NCBI GenBank assembly: GCA_027364635.1
Contig: DAHXOZ010000002.1
Location: forward strand, 1 to 56,827
Direction of reading: 5' to 3'
DNA length: 56,827 nucleotides
Origin: a bacterium
GTDB taxonomy: Bacteria; Bacteroidota; Bacteroidia; Chitinophagales; Chitinophagaceae
The position numbers and the translations under genes are program-made. The notes below the pieces were generated by a model. The model was not told where the DNA came from. It made no database searches and saw only the letters and a program-made list of their open reading frames with translations. Each line of letters starts with the position of its first letter. Position 1 is the first letter of the stretch. Positions 19,575 to 29,177 of the stretch are shown piece by piece.

Positions 19575-20312
19575 TTATTTAAATGTGAAGATTGGTTCTT
19601 TAATATCATGGTAAAATAAAAAAGTCCATTTTTCTTTCTCGCCTTCTTTCCACCATGTTTGCCTTAGTTCCATTGATGCTGCTCCGTCAAAATCATATTT
19701 TGCCTTGAAGCGGCTTTTCATTTGCTGCAATTGAGGAGCCACATCACCTCCAAAAAAAATAATTTCATCACCATCAACTATCTTAAATACCTGGTGAAAT
19801 GGGCTATGAGCGCCGGTAACTTCATAAAAAATGTAATCGTCAATAACACCTTTATCTTCGGTAAAAACAACTTTGCCTGTTTTCTCAAGTAGTAAAAAAT
19901 CATTTATATGATAAGACGGCAGTCCCTTTTTTAAGGCATAATCCCATTCTTTTTTATTAATATAATAAGTGGCATTTTCAAAACTCACGATTCGTTTGTT
20001 AGTCTGGGCTATACCGCCTGAATGATCTTTATGAAGGTGCGAAAGAAGCACTTTGGTTACATCAGTCGCATTCAATCCATTAGCCGCTAAATTCTTATGA
20101 ATTTGTAATTGTCCTTCTTTATCTGCAAAACCAAGGCCGGTATCAAGTAACAAAATATCTTTTGAAGTAATAACTACAAAAGGTTGTATTTCTACTAAAA
20201 GGCTTCCTTTATTTCTACTCTGGAGGTCATCCTTTTGTTTATTAAATGGAAAAAATTTCTTTGTTTGATCAACTGTAAAAGCTCCTTCGCTTAAGGGAAT
20301 TATTGTAGGCAT
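19575..20312 (-). CDS. MBL-fold metallo-hydrolase
   Basis: LLDTG, SHLHKDH, AHSPFH, FGGD; likely start is MPTIIPL at 20312 because the longer track ORF overlaps rodA. Confidence 0.85.
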   Translation of the reverse strand: MPTIIPLSEGAFTVDQTKKFFPFNKQKDDLQSRNKGSLLVEIQPFVVITSKDILLLDTGLGFADKEGQLQIHKNLAANGLNATDVTKVLLSHLHKDHSGGIAQTNKRIVSFENATYYINKKEWDYALKKGLPSYHINDFLLLEKTGKVVFTEDKGVIDDYIFYEVTGAHSPFHQVFKIVDGDEIIFFGGDVAPQLQQMKSRFKAKYDFDGAASMELRQTWWKEGEKEKWTFLFYHDIKEPIFTFK

Positions 20313-20341
20313 ATCCGGTAAAAATAAAAAATTGAATGTAT

Positions 20342-21688
20342 TTATCGCAAAATCATCTGCCGGTCGGCATCCAGCCTGATCAAAATAAAAATTAGGATAG
20401 TGAAAGTCAGCAAAGAAGAGCCACCATAACTCATAAGTGGCAATGTTATCCCAATTACAGGAGCAAGCCCGACGGTCATACAAATATTGATAGAAACATG
20501 AAAAAAGATGATGGCTGCCACACTGTAAGCGTAAACACGCGTAAAGGTACTTCGCTGTCGCTCCGCCAAAAAAACTATCCGCAACATAAAGAACAGGTAT
20601 AAAATAACGACCAATGAGCTACCCCAGAAACCAAAGTTTTCACCAACGGAAGTAAAAATAAAATCAGTATGCTGTTCAGGAACAAAATCGCCTTGTGTTT
20701 GGGTGCCTTTTAAAAACCCTTTTCCCCATAAACCACCCGAACCAATTGCAATTTTCGACTGTTTTACATTGTAATTTTCTTTTGCTTTTTTCGCGTTGTG
20801 TTGTTGTAACTGATCTTTTTTACTCAACCCTGCAGTTCCTGCTTCCGGAACATAATCTACACCAAAAGTGTTCATAATTCTTTCTACCTGGTACTGGTGC
20901 AACACATGTTGGAAAATATATGGAACCGCAAACCTTTGAATACCTACACACAACATCCAAAGGCCCAATATAATTGCCAAAACAGCCTTATCCCTTTTAA
21001 TGGTTCTTCTTAAAACATAAATAACGATGGCAGCAATTATGGTAAGGATAAGTGCCAATAAATTCTTCTCTACCAAAATAGTAGCTACCACAAGTATGGC
21101 AAATGAAAATCCAATGATAAGATAAACAGGTGGCAAACCTTCCCTGTACATCGGTATTAAAAAGGCAAAATATACCAAAGCCAGGCCCGTTTCATTTTGT
21201 AAAAGAGAAAATGCCGCCGGCGTTAAGGCAATAGCTGCTGCTATTAACTGTGATCGGGGATTTTTAAAATCGGTCTCTGGCCGGGATAAATATTTTGAAA
21301 GTGCCAGGGCTGTAAATATTTTACAGGTTTCCACAGGTTGAATATTAAAAAAACCAAGAGGGATCCATGAGCGGGATCCGTTAATATCTTTGCCCAGAAC
21401 AAAGGTGGCCATCATCAACAAAATACCAAAAGCATAACTGAGATTGGCTGTGGCAGTAAAAAATTTACTATCGGTAAGTAAAATAAAAGTAGCAACAACC
21501 GCCGACATGCCAATGAATAGTAACTGCCGGGAATAATTTTTTTTGAGTCCGATAATGTTGCGCAAGATGTTTCCGTCGTTGTGATATTCAACAGAAAAAA
21601 TACAGAGCACACCAATAGATACGAGAATAATGTACAACCAAACACTTACCCAATCCATACCTTTAGATATTATAGCCTGATCGCGCAT
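20342..21688 (-). CDS. rodA: Rod shape-determining SEDS glycosyltransferase RodA
   Basis: GSRSWI, IQPVE, AIGSGGLWGKG, PEQHTDFIF, LPLMSYGGSS. Confidence 0.95.
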   Translation of the reverse strand: MRDQAIISKGMDWVSVWLYIILVSIGVLCIFSVEYHNDGNILRNIIGLKKNYSRQLLFIGMSAVVATFILLTDSKFFTATANLSYAFGILLMMATFVLGKDINGSRSWIPLGFFNIQPVETCKIFTALALSKYLSRPETDFKNPRSQLIAAAIALTPAAFSLLQNETGLALVYFAFLIPMYREGLPPVYLIIGFSFAILVVATILVEKNLLALILTIIAAIVIYVLRRTIKRDKAVLAIILGLWMLCVGIQRFAVPYIFQHVLHQYQVERIMNTFGVDYVPEAGTAGLSKKDQLQQHNAKKAKENYNVKQSKIAIGSGGLWGKGFLKGTQTQGDFVPEQHTDFIFTSVGENFGFWGSSLVVILYLFFMLRIVFLAERQRSTFTRVYAYSVAAIIFFHVSINICMTVGLAPVIGITLPLMSYGGSSLLTFTILIFILIRLDADRQMILR

Positions 21689-21718
21689 TAATTTTGTAAA
21701 AATGTTTTAGTGAACTGA

Positions 21719-23836
21719 TTATTTTTTTGTTTTTTTCTTTTGTTCATCCGGCAGAACTGCATTACTGGTTCCTTGTATTACTTTCTGGTTTTTTGAAGGA
21801 AAAGAATCTGTTTTTCCTGGCACTTCTACACTTGGTTTGTTTAATTCATCCATTGTTCCGGTACTATCTTCATCTTCAATTCCTGTAGTATCCTTTATAG
21901 ATTCAATGTACTCTTTTGACAAAGCTTGTCTTTGATTTCTTGCATGAGCAATTGAATCTCTTACGCGCATTGCATCAAGCATTTTTGCCGGTATTAAGTT
22001 CAATTTTGAAATTGTTTCAATTAAAGCTTTCCTATCTGGTTCAGCAATTGAATCCTTTAAGTATTTCTCTATCATCAGGCTTGCAATGGGAGCAGATGAA
22101 TTTGCTCCAAATCCGGCGTTTTCGCATATAACAGCAATAGCTATCCTTGGATTTTCTCTTGGTGCAAAAGCCGCGAAAAAGGCATGGTCCTTTTGTTTTA
22201 CACCTTTATAATAATTTTCAACCGTTCCTGTTTTTCCGCAAACCACAATACCGGGAACTTTTGCTGAAGCACCGGTTCCTCTTTCCATTACACCCTGCAT
22301 ACCATCTGCCACCGCTTCAAAAATTGAATCAGGAATATTCAAAGGGTGATGACGCAACTTAAATGAATCCAGCAAATGAAACTTGTCTCCTCCATCAATA
22401 GAGTCGATCATATGGGGAGTAATAAACCAGCCGCGATTAGCGAGATAAGCCATCTCATTAGCTACCTGTAATGGTGTTACACTCACTTCTCCCTGCCCGA
22501 TACTTACCGAACGGAAGGTGCAAAAATTCCAATGCCCGTCACCATACATTCTATTATACGTTCTTGGAGTTGGAATAATACCCCCCTTCTCAAAAGGCAT
22601 GTCAATTCCTAATCGGTTTCCAAGACCAAATGCATACATATACTTGTCCCAAACACGCAAAGCACTATCTGTAGAACCAAACTGGGGATTATTAATAACA
22701 CGTTGCATCACATTTGCGAAGTAGGTATTGCATGAAACCGTGATAGCTCCTTTTAGATTAAAATTACCCGGATCAAGACAACCCATGGGCCGGCCACAGC
22801 CATAAAAAGCTCCGGTACATAAAAATCTTGTTGATGGAGTAATAACACCTTCCTGCAAACCAATAAGCGCCTGCAACGTTTTAAATGTTGATCCGGGAGA
22901 GTAAGTAGCGCTTACGGCCCGATTATACATGGGAAGCCGCGGATCTAAAAATAATTGTGAAAAATGTTTCCTGCGCTGTGCTCCGGTTAATAAACTGGGT
23001 TTGAAAGTCGGGCTGCTCACCATTGCAAGTACACCACCGGTCTTTGGATCCAGAGCTACAATTGCACCTACTTTATTTTCCATCAGGTGTTCGCCCAACA
23101 TTTGAAGATCAATATCCAAAGACATGTGAAGATTTTCTCCTGCTGTCGCTGCCGTATCATATCTTCCATTTTCAAGCTTGCCCGTGAGCCGGTTTTTATT
23201 ATCACGCTTCCAATATTCAATACCCCGGCGTCCCATCAATACTCTTTCGTAACTTCTTTCGAGCCCTGTTTTTCCTGCATAATCTCCCATTTGATAGCCT
23301 TCTCCTTCATGCCGTTTTAAAAAATTAGAATCTACTTCTGATAAATAGCCGAGAATGTTTCCTGCAGCATCATATGGATAATCACGTACGGGTCTTTCCT
23401 GCAAATAAAACGCAGGAACAAATTTGTACAGGCTTTCATTAAGCCTGGCAAGTTTTTCTTCAGATAGAGAAGTTTCAAAAACAGAAGGCCTGTAACTACG
23501 ATTTTTTATAATTGCTGTAATGATTCTCTTCCTGAATTCTGCCGTATCAATATCCAAAATCCGGCAAAGATCTGCCGTATCAAGGTGCATTGAGTATAAC
23601 TTAGATGGGGTAACCATTAAATCATAGATCACCGTATTTCTTAAAACTGCTTTACCATTTCTGTCAAATAATATTCCCCTGTTAGGGTAAACTACCATCC
23701 TGAACCTACCCTGCTCATTTGCCATGATAGAATATTTTTTATCTACTACCTGGAGAATGAAAAGCCGTAAAATAATGATCAGTCCCATAAGCAGGAACAT
23801 AGCAATTATTATATTTTTACGGGATTGATTAAACAC
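21719..23836 (-). CDS. mrdA: Penicillin-binding protein 2
   Basis: RGILFDRNG, GKTGLE, PGSTFK (SxxK), SCN (SxN), GKTGT; GTG start. Confidence 0.95.
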   Translation of the reverse strand: MFNQSRKNIIIAMFLLMGLIIILRLFILQVVDKKYSIMANEQGRFRMVVYPNRGILFDRNGKAVLRNTVIYDLMVTPSKLYSMHLDTADLCRILDIDTAEFRKRIITAIIKNRSYRPSVFETSLSEEKLARLNESLYKFVPAFYLQERPVRDYPYDAAGNILGYLSEVDSNFLKRHEGEGYQMGDYAGKTGLERSYERVLMGRRGIEYWKRDNKNRLTGKLENGRYDTAATAGENLHMSLDIDLQMLGEHLMENKVGAIVALDPKTGGVLAMVSSPTFKPSLLTGAQRRKHFSQLFLDPRLPMYNRAVSATYSPGSTFKTLQALIGLQEGVITPSTRFLCTGAFYGCGRPMGCLDPGNFNLKGAITVSCNTYFANVMQRVINNPQFGSTDSALRVWDKYMYAFGLGNRLGIDMPFEKGGIIPTPRTYNRMYGDGHWNFCTFRSVSIGQGEVSVTPLQVANEMAYLANRGWFITPHMIDSIDGGDKFHLLDSFKLRHHPLNIPDSIFEAVADGMQGVMERGTGASAKVPGIVVCGKTGTVENYYKGVKQKDHAFFAAFAPRENPRIAIAVICENAGFGANSSAPIASLMIEKYLKDSIAEPDRKALIETISKLNLIPAKMLDAMRVRDSIAHARNQRQALSKEYIESIKDTTGIEDEDSTGTMDELNKPSVEVPGKTDSFPSKNQKVIQGTSNAVLPDEQKKKTKK

Positions 23837-23895
23837 GCTTTGAGGTTGGTTTTGAGATACGGGTAAGGAAATATTTCAGTGCAAAAATACTTAGT

Positions 23896-24429
23896 CTATA
23901 TCGTATTTGTCCTAAATCTTTGCTTCCTTGGGAATAACAATTCTATTAACAATATTAACAGTAAACTTATTGCGGTAGAAACCAAAGATTTTAAAAAGAA
24001 ATAGAAATATCCGCCGGTTTGCAAAGCTTGCAAAAAGTAAAGAAAAGTGTGATGAATAAACGTTAAAATTGTAACATAAGTGAGATAAGGGGTAAATCCC
24101 ATACTCTGTATTGAAGGTTCATTATAATTACTTTCCGCACCCTCCTGTGAAATAAGAAGATTAATAAGAAATGGGCGTAAATAAGCAATAAGCACACATG
24201 CGGCAGCGTGCATACCATAAGAATTACTGAAACAATCAAGAGCAAACCCTAAAGCAAATGCCAGCAACAGTTGCATTCTTCTTCCCATCTTAAAAGGAAG
24301 CCATAAAATAAAAAGAAAATAAACGTAAGGCGTTACCAATTGATGCAAAGGAGGAATCTGGTCAAGAATAAACACCTGTACCAAAATAAAAAGGCAAAAC
24401 CGGATTATATTTTTAATTAGGTTACTCAT
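23896..24429 (-). CDS. mreD: Rod shape-determining protein MreD
   Basis: Hydrophobic 177-aa protein between mreC and mrdA. Confidence 0.88.
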   Translation of the reverse strand: MSNLIKNIIRFCLFILVQVFILDQIPPLHQLVTPYVYFLFILWLPFKMGRRMQLLLAFALGFALDCFSNSYGMHAAACVLIAYLRPFLINLLISQEGAESNYNEPSIQSMGFTPYLTYVTILTFIHHTFLYFLQALQTGGYFYFFLKSLVSTAISLLLILLIELLFPRKQRFRTNTI

Positions 24430-25277
24430 TTACTTTTTACCTTATTTAAAAGTTTTTCAGGTTCTTCTTTTTGAAGATTATTGATTACATAAGCATACTG
24501 TAACTTTTCAAAATCAGCAGCCGGATTTACTCTTACCGTGTAGGTACTGCTATTTTTATCGTTAATAATGTCTTTAACATAACCTACCAGTAAGCCCCCT
24601 GGAAATTTATCTGAAAATCCACTGGTAATAACGGTATCACCAGCATGAATTTTGGCCGATTTGGAAATATCTTTTAAATACAAAATACCTGGTGTTTTAC
24701 TATCATAACTTACAATTCCGGTTTCACCTCCCTTTTTGAGCCGGGCACTCAGGTTGCTTTGCTCATGCAGCAAACTCATTACAACCGCATAATTATTACT
24801 CACATCAACCACAGTTCCAATTACGGCGTTATTTACATCAATTACTCCCATATCAGGCTGAACCCCTTGCAGCGAACCCCGATGCAATTCAATATAATTG
24901 TTCAAAAGATTTACTGAGTTGTAAATTACTTTCGCCTGCATGTACAAATATTTTCTTTGCTTGTGAGCCGAATCGAGATTCATCGTATCAATAGCAATTT
25001 TGTTTATACTGTCAGGTATTTCAAAATCCTGCCTTAGTTTATTATACAAGGCTTCATTGGCTTTTACAAGCGAATCATTTGTTCTTTTTAATTGAAAATA
25101 ATATTCAATACTGTTGTACCTTTTGCTGATGTTGCCTGTTATTTCATTAGCTGCTTTTGAGTAAACTGCATGATGATAACGGTTATAACTGAAGATCATA
25201 TAAAATGATAATCCCATCAGAAATAAGAAGAAAATAAATGTAAAATAAATACGGATAAAGAGAAAAATGTTTCGCAT
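24426..25277 (-). CDS. mreC: Rod shape-determining protein MreC
   Basis: N-terminal TM plus coiled coil; GDTVITSG...FPGGLLVG. Confidence 0.92.
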   Translation of the reverse strand: MRNIFLFIRIYFTFIFFLFLMGLSFYMIFSYNRYHHAVYSKAANEITGNISKRYNSIEYYFQLKRTNDSLVKANEALYNKLRQDFEIPDSINKIAIDTMNLDSAHKQRKYLYMQAKVIYNSVNLLNNYIELHRGSLQGVQPDMGVIDVNNAVIGTVVDVSNNYAVVMSLLHEQSNLSARLKKGGETGIVSYDSKTPGILYLKDISKSAKIHAGDTVITSGFSDKFPGGLLVGYVKDIINDKNSSTYTVRVNPAADFEKLQYAYVINNLQKEEPEKLLNKVKSK

Positions 25278-25395
25278 GATTTCATCCGGGCTGCATTAAA
25301 GAAACAGCCATTTATTAGAAGTTGAAATAATTATTCCTGCAAAGTTAATTATTGATCAAATGATAAGCTGATCCGTGCAATAAATATTCCAAAAC

Positions 25396-26421
25396 TTATC
25401 TCATTACAAAAGGATAACGGTCATAATGTTTTAAAGCGAGCCCGGTTCCACGAACCACACTTTTCAAAGGGTCATCTGCAATATGAACCGGTAATTTAAT
25501 TTTTGCAGCTAATCTTTTATCAAGCCCCCGAAGCAATGCACCACCACCGGTTAAATACAATCCCCTTCTGTAGATATCAGAAGCAAGCTCAGGAGGAGTT
25601 GTTTCCAACGCTTTTAAAATACCTTCTTCAATTTTGAAAATAGATTTATCAAGAGCCTCTGCAATTTCCTGGTAGCTTACCATTATTTGCTTCGGAATGC
25701 CTGTTACAAGATCACGCCCATTTACCGGCATATCATCAGGAGGATTGTCAATATCTTTCATCGCCGCGCCGATTTGAATTTTAATTTGTTCGGCCGTACG
25801 TTCACCAATTAGCAAACTATGATAACGACGTAAAGCCTCCATAATATCGGCCGTAAATTCATCGCCTGCAACCCGAATCGATTGATCGCAAACAATACCT
25901 GCCAATGCAATTACGGTAATACCGGTTGTACCACCGCCAATATCAATAATCATATTTCCCACCGGTTCTTCTACATCAATTCCAATTCCCAAAGCCGCTG
26001 CCATTGGTTCATGCAAAAGATAAACTTCTTTAGCTCCAGCCTGTTCGGCACTATCTCTTACGGCACGCTTTTCTACTTCAGTAATGCTGCTGGGGATGCA
26101 GATCATCATTCTCCAGCTTGGAGGAAATAAAGGTTTTTTTGGATATATTTTTTTAATCATCTCACGGATCATCAGCTCTGCTGCGTTAAAATCAGCAATT
26201 ACTCCATCTTTTAAAGGGCGAACCGTGCGAATGCTTTCATGGGTTTTCTCGTGCATCATCAATGCCTTTTTACCCACAGCCAGTATGTTTTTGGGATTGT
26301 TGCGATCCAACGCTACAATCGAAGGTTCATTTACTACTACAACATCATTATGGATTATAAGTGTATTGGCAGTTCCCAGATCTATCGCAATCTCCTGTGT
26401 GAAAAAATTAAAAAGGCCCAT
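25396..26421 (-). CDS. mreB: Actin-like MreB
   Basis: IDLGTANT, RPLKDGVIADF, EPMAAA, DIGGGTT, LTGGGALL. Confidence 0.97.
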   Translation of the reverse strand: MGLFNFFTQEIAIDLGTANTLIIHNDVVVVNEPSIVALDRNNPKNILAVGKKALMMHEKTHESIRTVRPLKDGVIADFNAAELMIREMIKKIYPKKPLFPPSWRMMICIPSSITEVEKRAVRDSAEQAGAKEVYLLHEPMAAALGIGIDVEEPVGNMIIDIGGGTTGITVIALAGIVCDQSIRVAGDEFTADIMEALRRYHSLLIGERTAEQIKIQIGAAMKDIDNPPDDMPVNGRDLVTGIPKQIMVSYQEIAEALDKSIFKIEEGILKALETTPPELASDIYRRGLYLTGGGALLRGLDKRLAAKIKLPVHIADDPLKSVVRGTGLALKHYDRYPFVMR

Positions 26422-26712
26422 GTTTTATTTGAGGTATTGAAAAATTACTAATGCCTGCAAAGTTGTGGAAATAATTTGGAATTACAACCTAATACTATTG
26501 AAGGTTTTTATATGAAACGCAATTAAAATTTGTAAATTGTTTTAAAGAAAAAATATTATAATAGAACTCTACTATTTACAGCAAAGAAATACAGTAAATC
26601 AACAAATTTAACCCATTTTTAATTTGTACAAATTACGTAAAAGATAGCAATTTTCGGATAGGAAAGAGATTTTACGATTTCTACCTTTGCATCCCAATAA
26701 TTACCTATATAT

Positions 26713-27582
26713 ATGAAAGAGCAGCTAAAGATTAATTATGATCGCATCGCCGCAGCAATCGGCTATATAAAGGAAAATTTTAAATCCCAACCTACTTTGG
26801 AGGAAATTGCGCAACAAATTCATGTTAGCCCTCATCACTTTCAACGCATGTTTACCGAATGGGCGGGCACAAGCCCAAAGAAATTTCTCCAGTATATCAG
26901 TGTGGAATACGCGAAAAAATTGCTGAAAGACAAAAATGTATCACTGTTTGATGCAGCAATTGAAACCGGACTTTCAGGCAATAGTCGTCTTCACGATCTT
27001 TTCATTAACATCGAAGGTATGACACCGGGAGAATTTAAAAATGGTGGCGAAAACCTTCTCATTAACTACCACTTTGCTGAGAGTCCTTTCGGAAAAATTA
27101 TTGTGGCTTCTACCACAAAAGGAATTTGCCATCTTGCTTTTGCTGATGATGAACCAGATGCATTTAATTCTTTAAAAAGTAAATTCCCCAATGCTCATTT
27201 TAAACAAACTTCAGATCTATTTCAGGAAAACGCGCTTGCCATTTTTAATCGCGACTGGAAAAATTTGCATTCCGTAAAACTTCATTTAAAAGGAACACCT
27301 TTCCAGGTAAAAGTTTGGGAAACATTATTAAAAATACCCGCCGGGCGACTTACTACTTATGGTAATATTGCGAAACAAATTCAAAAACCAAAAGCCTCAA
27401 GAGCTGTAGGGACAGCAATTGGCGCCAACCCTGTTGCGTTTTTAATTCCCTGCCACCGTGTAATTCAATCTTCAGGAATCTTCGGAGGTTATCATTGGGG
27501 AAGTACCAGAAAAGCGGCTATCATTGGTTGGGAAGCAGCAAAATTAAATCATGAAAAAGAAGTAACTACCGGAGGCGTATAA
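26713..27582 (+). CDS. AraC-HTH plus O6-methylguanine-DNA methyltransferase (Ada-like, no N-terminal Zn domain)
   Basis: HTH SPHHFQRMF; GTPFQVKVW, RAVGTA and IPCHRVI active site; TACCTTTG promoter box at 26682-26689. Confidence 0.9.
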   Translation: MKEQLKINYDRIAAAIGYIKENFKSQPTLEEIAQQIHVSPHHFQRMFTEWAGTSPKKFLQYISVEYAKKLLKDKNVSLFDAAIETGLSGNSRLHDLFINIEGMTPGEFKNGGENLLINYHFAESPFGKIIVASTTKGICHLAFADDEPDAFNSLKSKFPNAHFKQTSDLFQENALAIFNRDWKNLHSVKLHLKGTPFQVKVWETLLKIPAGRLTTYGNIAKQIQKPKASRAVGTAIGANPVAFLIPCHRVIQSSGIFGGYHWGSTRKAAIIGWEAAKLNHEKEVTTGGV

Positions 27583-27592
27583 ACGAAATTTA

Positions 27593-28906
27593 TCAATCTA
27601 CAAATTCATACCCAATATCGCCACGGTAATACATGCCTTCAAAATGAATTTCTTCCAAAATTCTTTTTGAAAGTTCAATTGCGTCTCCCATTCCTGAAGC
27701 CATAGCAGAAACCGCGAGTACCCTGCCACCATTTGTAACCGTAAGGTCGTTTACATTTTTGGTTCCTGCATGAAAAACCATCGCACCTACTCCGTCATCA
27801 TCAATATGTTTTATTACTTCCGGATTTTCAAGATATAAAAATTCAATCGGTATGCCCTTTTCATAATTACCAGGATAACCGCCACTTACCGCTACGATGG
27901 TCACCGCATTATTCTTTTCAATAGAAATCTTTTGAAAATCTAATTTTTGTTGATCCATCGCCACCAGCAATTCAACCAGATCATTCTGTAAACGAATTAA
28001 AACTACTTCAGTTTCAGGATCACCCATGCGGCAATTGTATTCAATCACTACCGGTTCTTCATTCACTTTTATCAATCCCAAAAAAATAAATCCTTTGTAA
28101 TCGATACCTTCTTGCTGCAACCCTTTTATAGTGGGCTCAATAATTTGATCGGTAACTTTCTTCATGAAATGTTCCGTAGCAAAAGGCACAGGGCTTATAG
28201 CTCCCATGCCGCCTGTGTTAGGCCCCTTATCTCCTTCGCCGATTTTTTTATAATCTTTTGCTTCCGGAAGTATAACATAATTTTTACCATCGGTAAGTAC
28301 AAAAACGCTCAATTCTATTCCATCCAGAAATTCTTCTACCACTACTTTTTTTCCCGCATTACCAAATTTTGCCTGCTGAATCATCAGTTCAAATTCACTC
28401 AATGCTTCTACATAATTAGTGCAAATGATTACGCCTTTTCCGGCAGCCAAACCATCAGCTTTTAAAACAATTGGTAATGGATGGTTCTGAATATATTCAA
28501 GCCCTTCATCAAAATTAGAAATATCAAACTCTTTATATTTTGCTGTTGGAATCGAATATTTGTTCATGAAACTTTTTGCAAATGCTTTGCTTCCTTCCAG
28601 TTGTGCCCCCTTCTTTGAAGGCCCGGTTATTATGATATTTTCAAGTTTCTTATCAGCTTTAAAAAAATCATAAATGCCATTTACCAAAGGTTCTTCAGGG
28701 CCCACTACCACCATCTCAATTTCTTTTGAAAGACAAACCTTTTTTACCGCTTCAAAATCATTGATATCAAGGTCAATGTTTTCACCCAACTCGGCTGTGC
28801 CTGCGTTTCCGGGTGCAATAAATAATTTTGAGCACAAAGAGCTTTGGCTGATTTTCCATGAAAATGCATGCTCCCTGCCACCTGATCCGAGTATTAGAAT
28901 GTTCAA
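27593..28906 (-). CDS. purD: Phosphoribosylamine--glycine ligase
   Basis: GSGGREHA, KADGLAAGKGV, GPNTGGMGA, TNGGRVL. Confidence 0.97.
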   Translation of the reverse strand: MNILILGSGGREHAFSWKISQSSLCSKLFIAPGNAGTAELGENIDLDINDFEAVKKVCLSKEIEMVVVGPEEPLVNGIYDFFKADKKLENIIITGPSKKGAQLEGSKAFAKSFMNKYSIPTAKYKEFDISNFDEGLEYIQNHPLPIVLKADGLAAGKGVIICTNYVEALSEFELMIQQAKFGNAGKKVVVEEFLDGIELSVFVLTDGKNYVILPEAKDYKKIGEGDKGPNTGGMGAISPVPFATEHFMKKVTDQIIEPTIKGLQQEGIDYKGFIFLGLIKVNEEPVVIEYNCRMGDPETEVVLIRLQNDLVELLVAMDQQKLDFQKISIEKNNAVTIVAVSGGYPGNYEKGIPIEFLYLENPEVIKHIDDDGVGAMVFHAGTKNVNDLTVTNGGRVLAVSAMASGMGDAIELSKRILEEIHFEGMYYRGDIGYEFVD

Positions 28907-29177
28907 ATTATTGGTATTTAGAATTACTAAAAAAGAGGCAGCAAGTTAGGAAACTTAAAGGGTTATTACCTAATATTAAGGATGAAAAATTATTTATATT
29001 CTGTAACCCCCAAAAAATGAAAATCAGTCTTATTTGTTGTTTTACTGCAAAAAAATTTTGATCAGTTTGGGTAAATTATTTAATGAAAAAAATAAACATA
29101 GTTTTAAATTTCTACTTACTTTACAACCTAATTAAACATCTGTTCCAAATTTTTTTTAACTCAAAATCAAAACAATT

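Noticed and set aside
20313-20483. N-terminal extension of the MBL hydrolase in the ORF track
   Set aside because: It overlaps rodA in another frame; the fold starts at MPTIIPL (20312). Extensions on serS, murA and the PPIase were trimmed for similar reasons.
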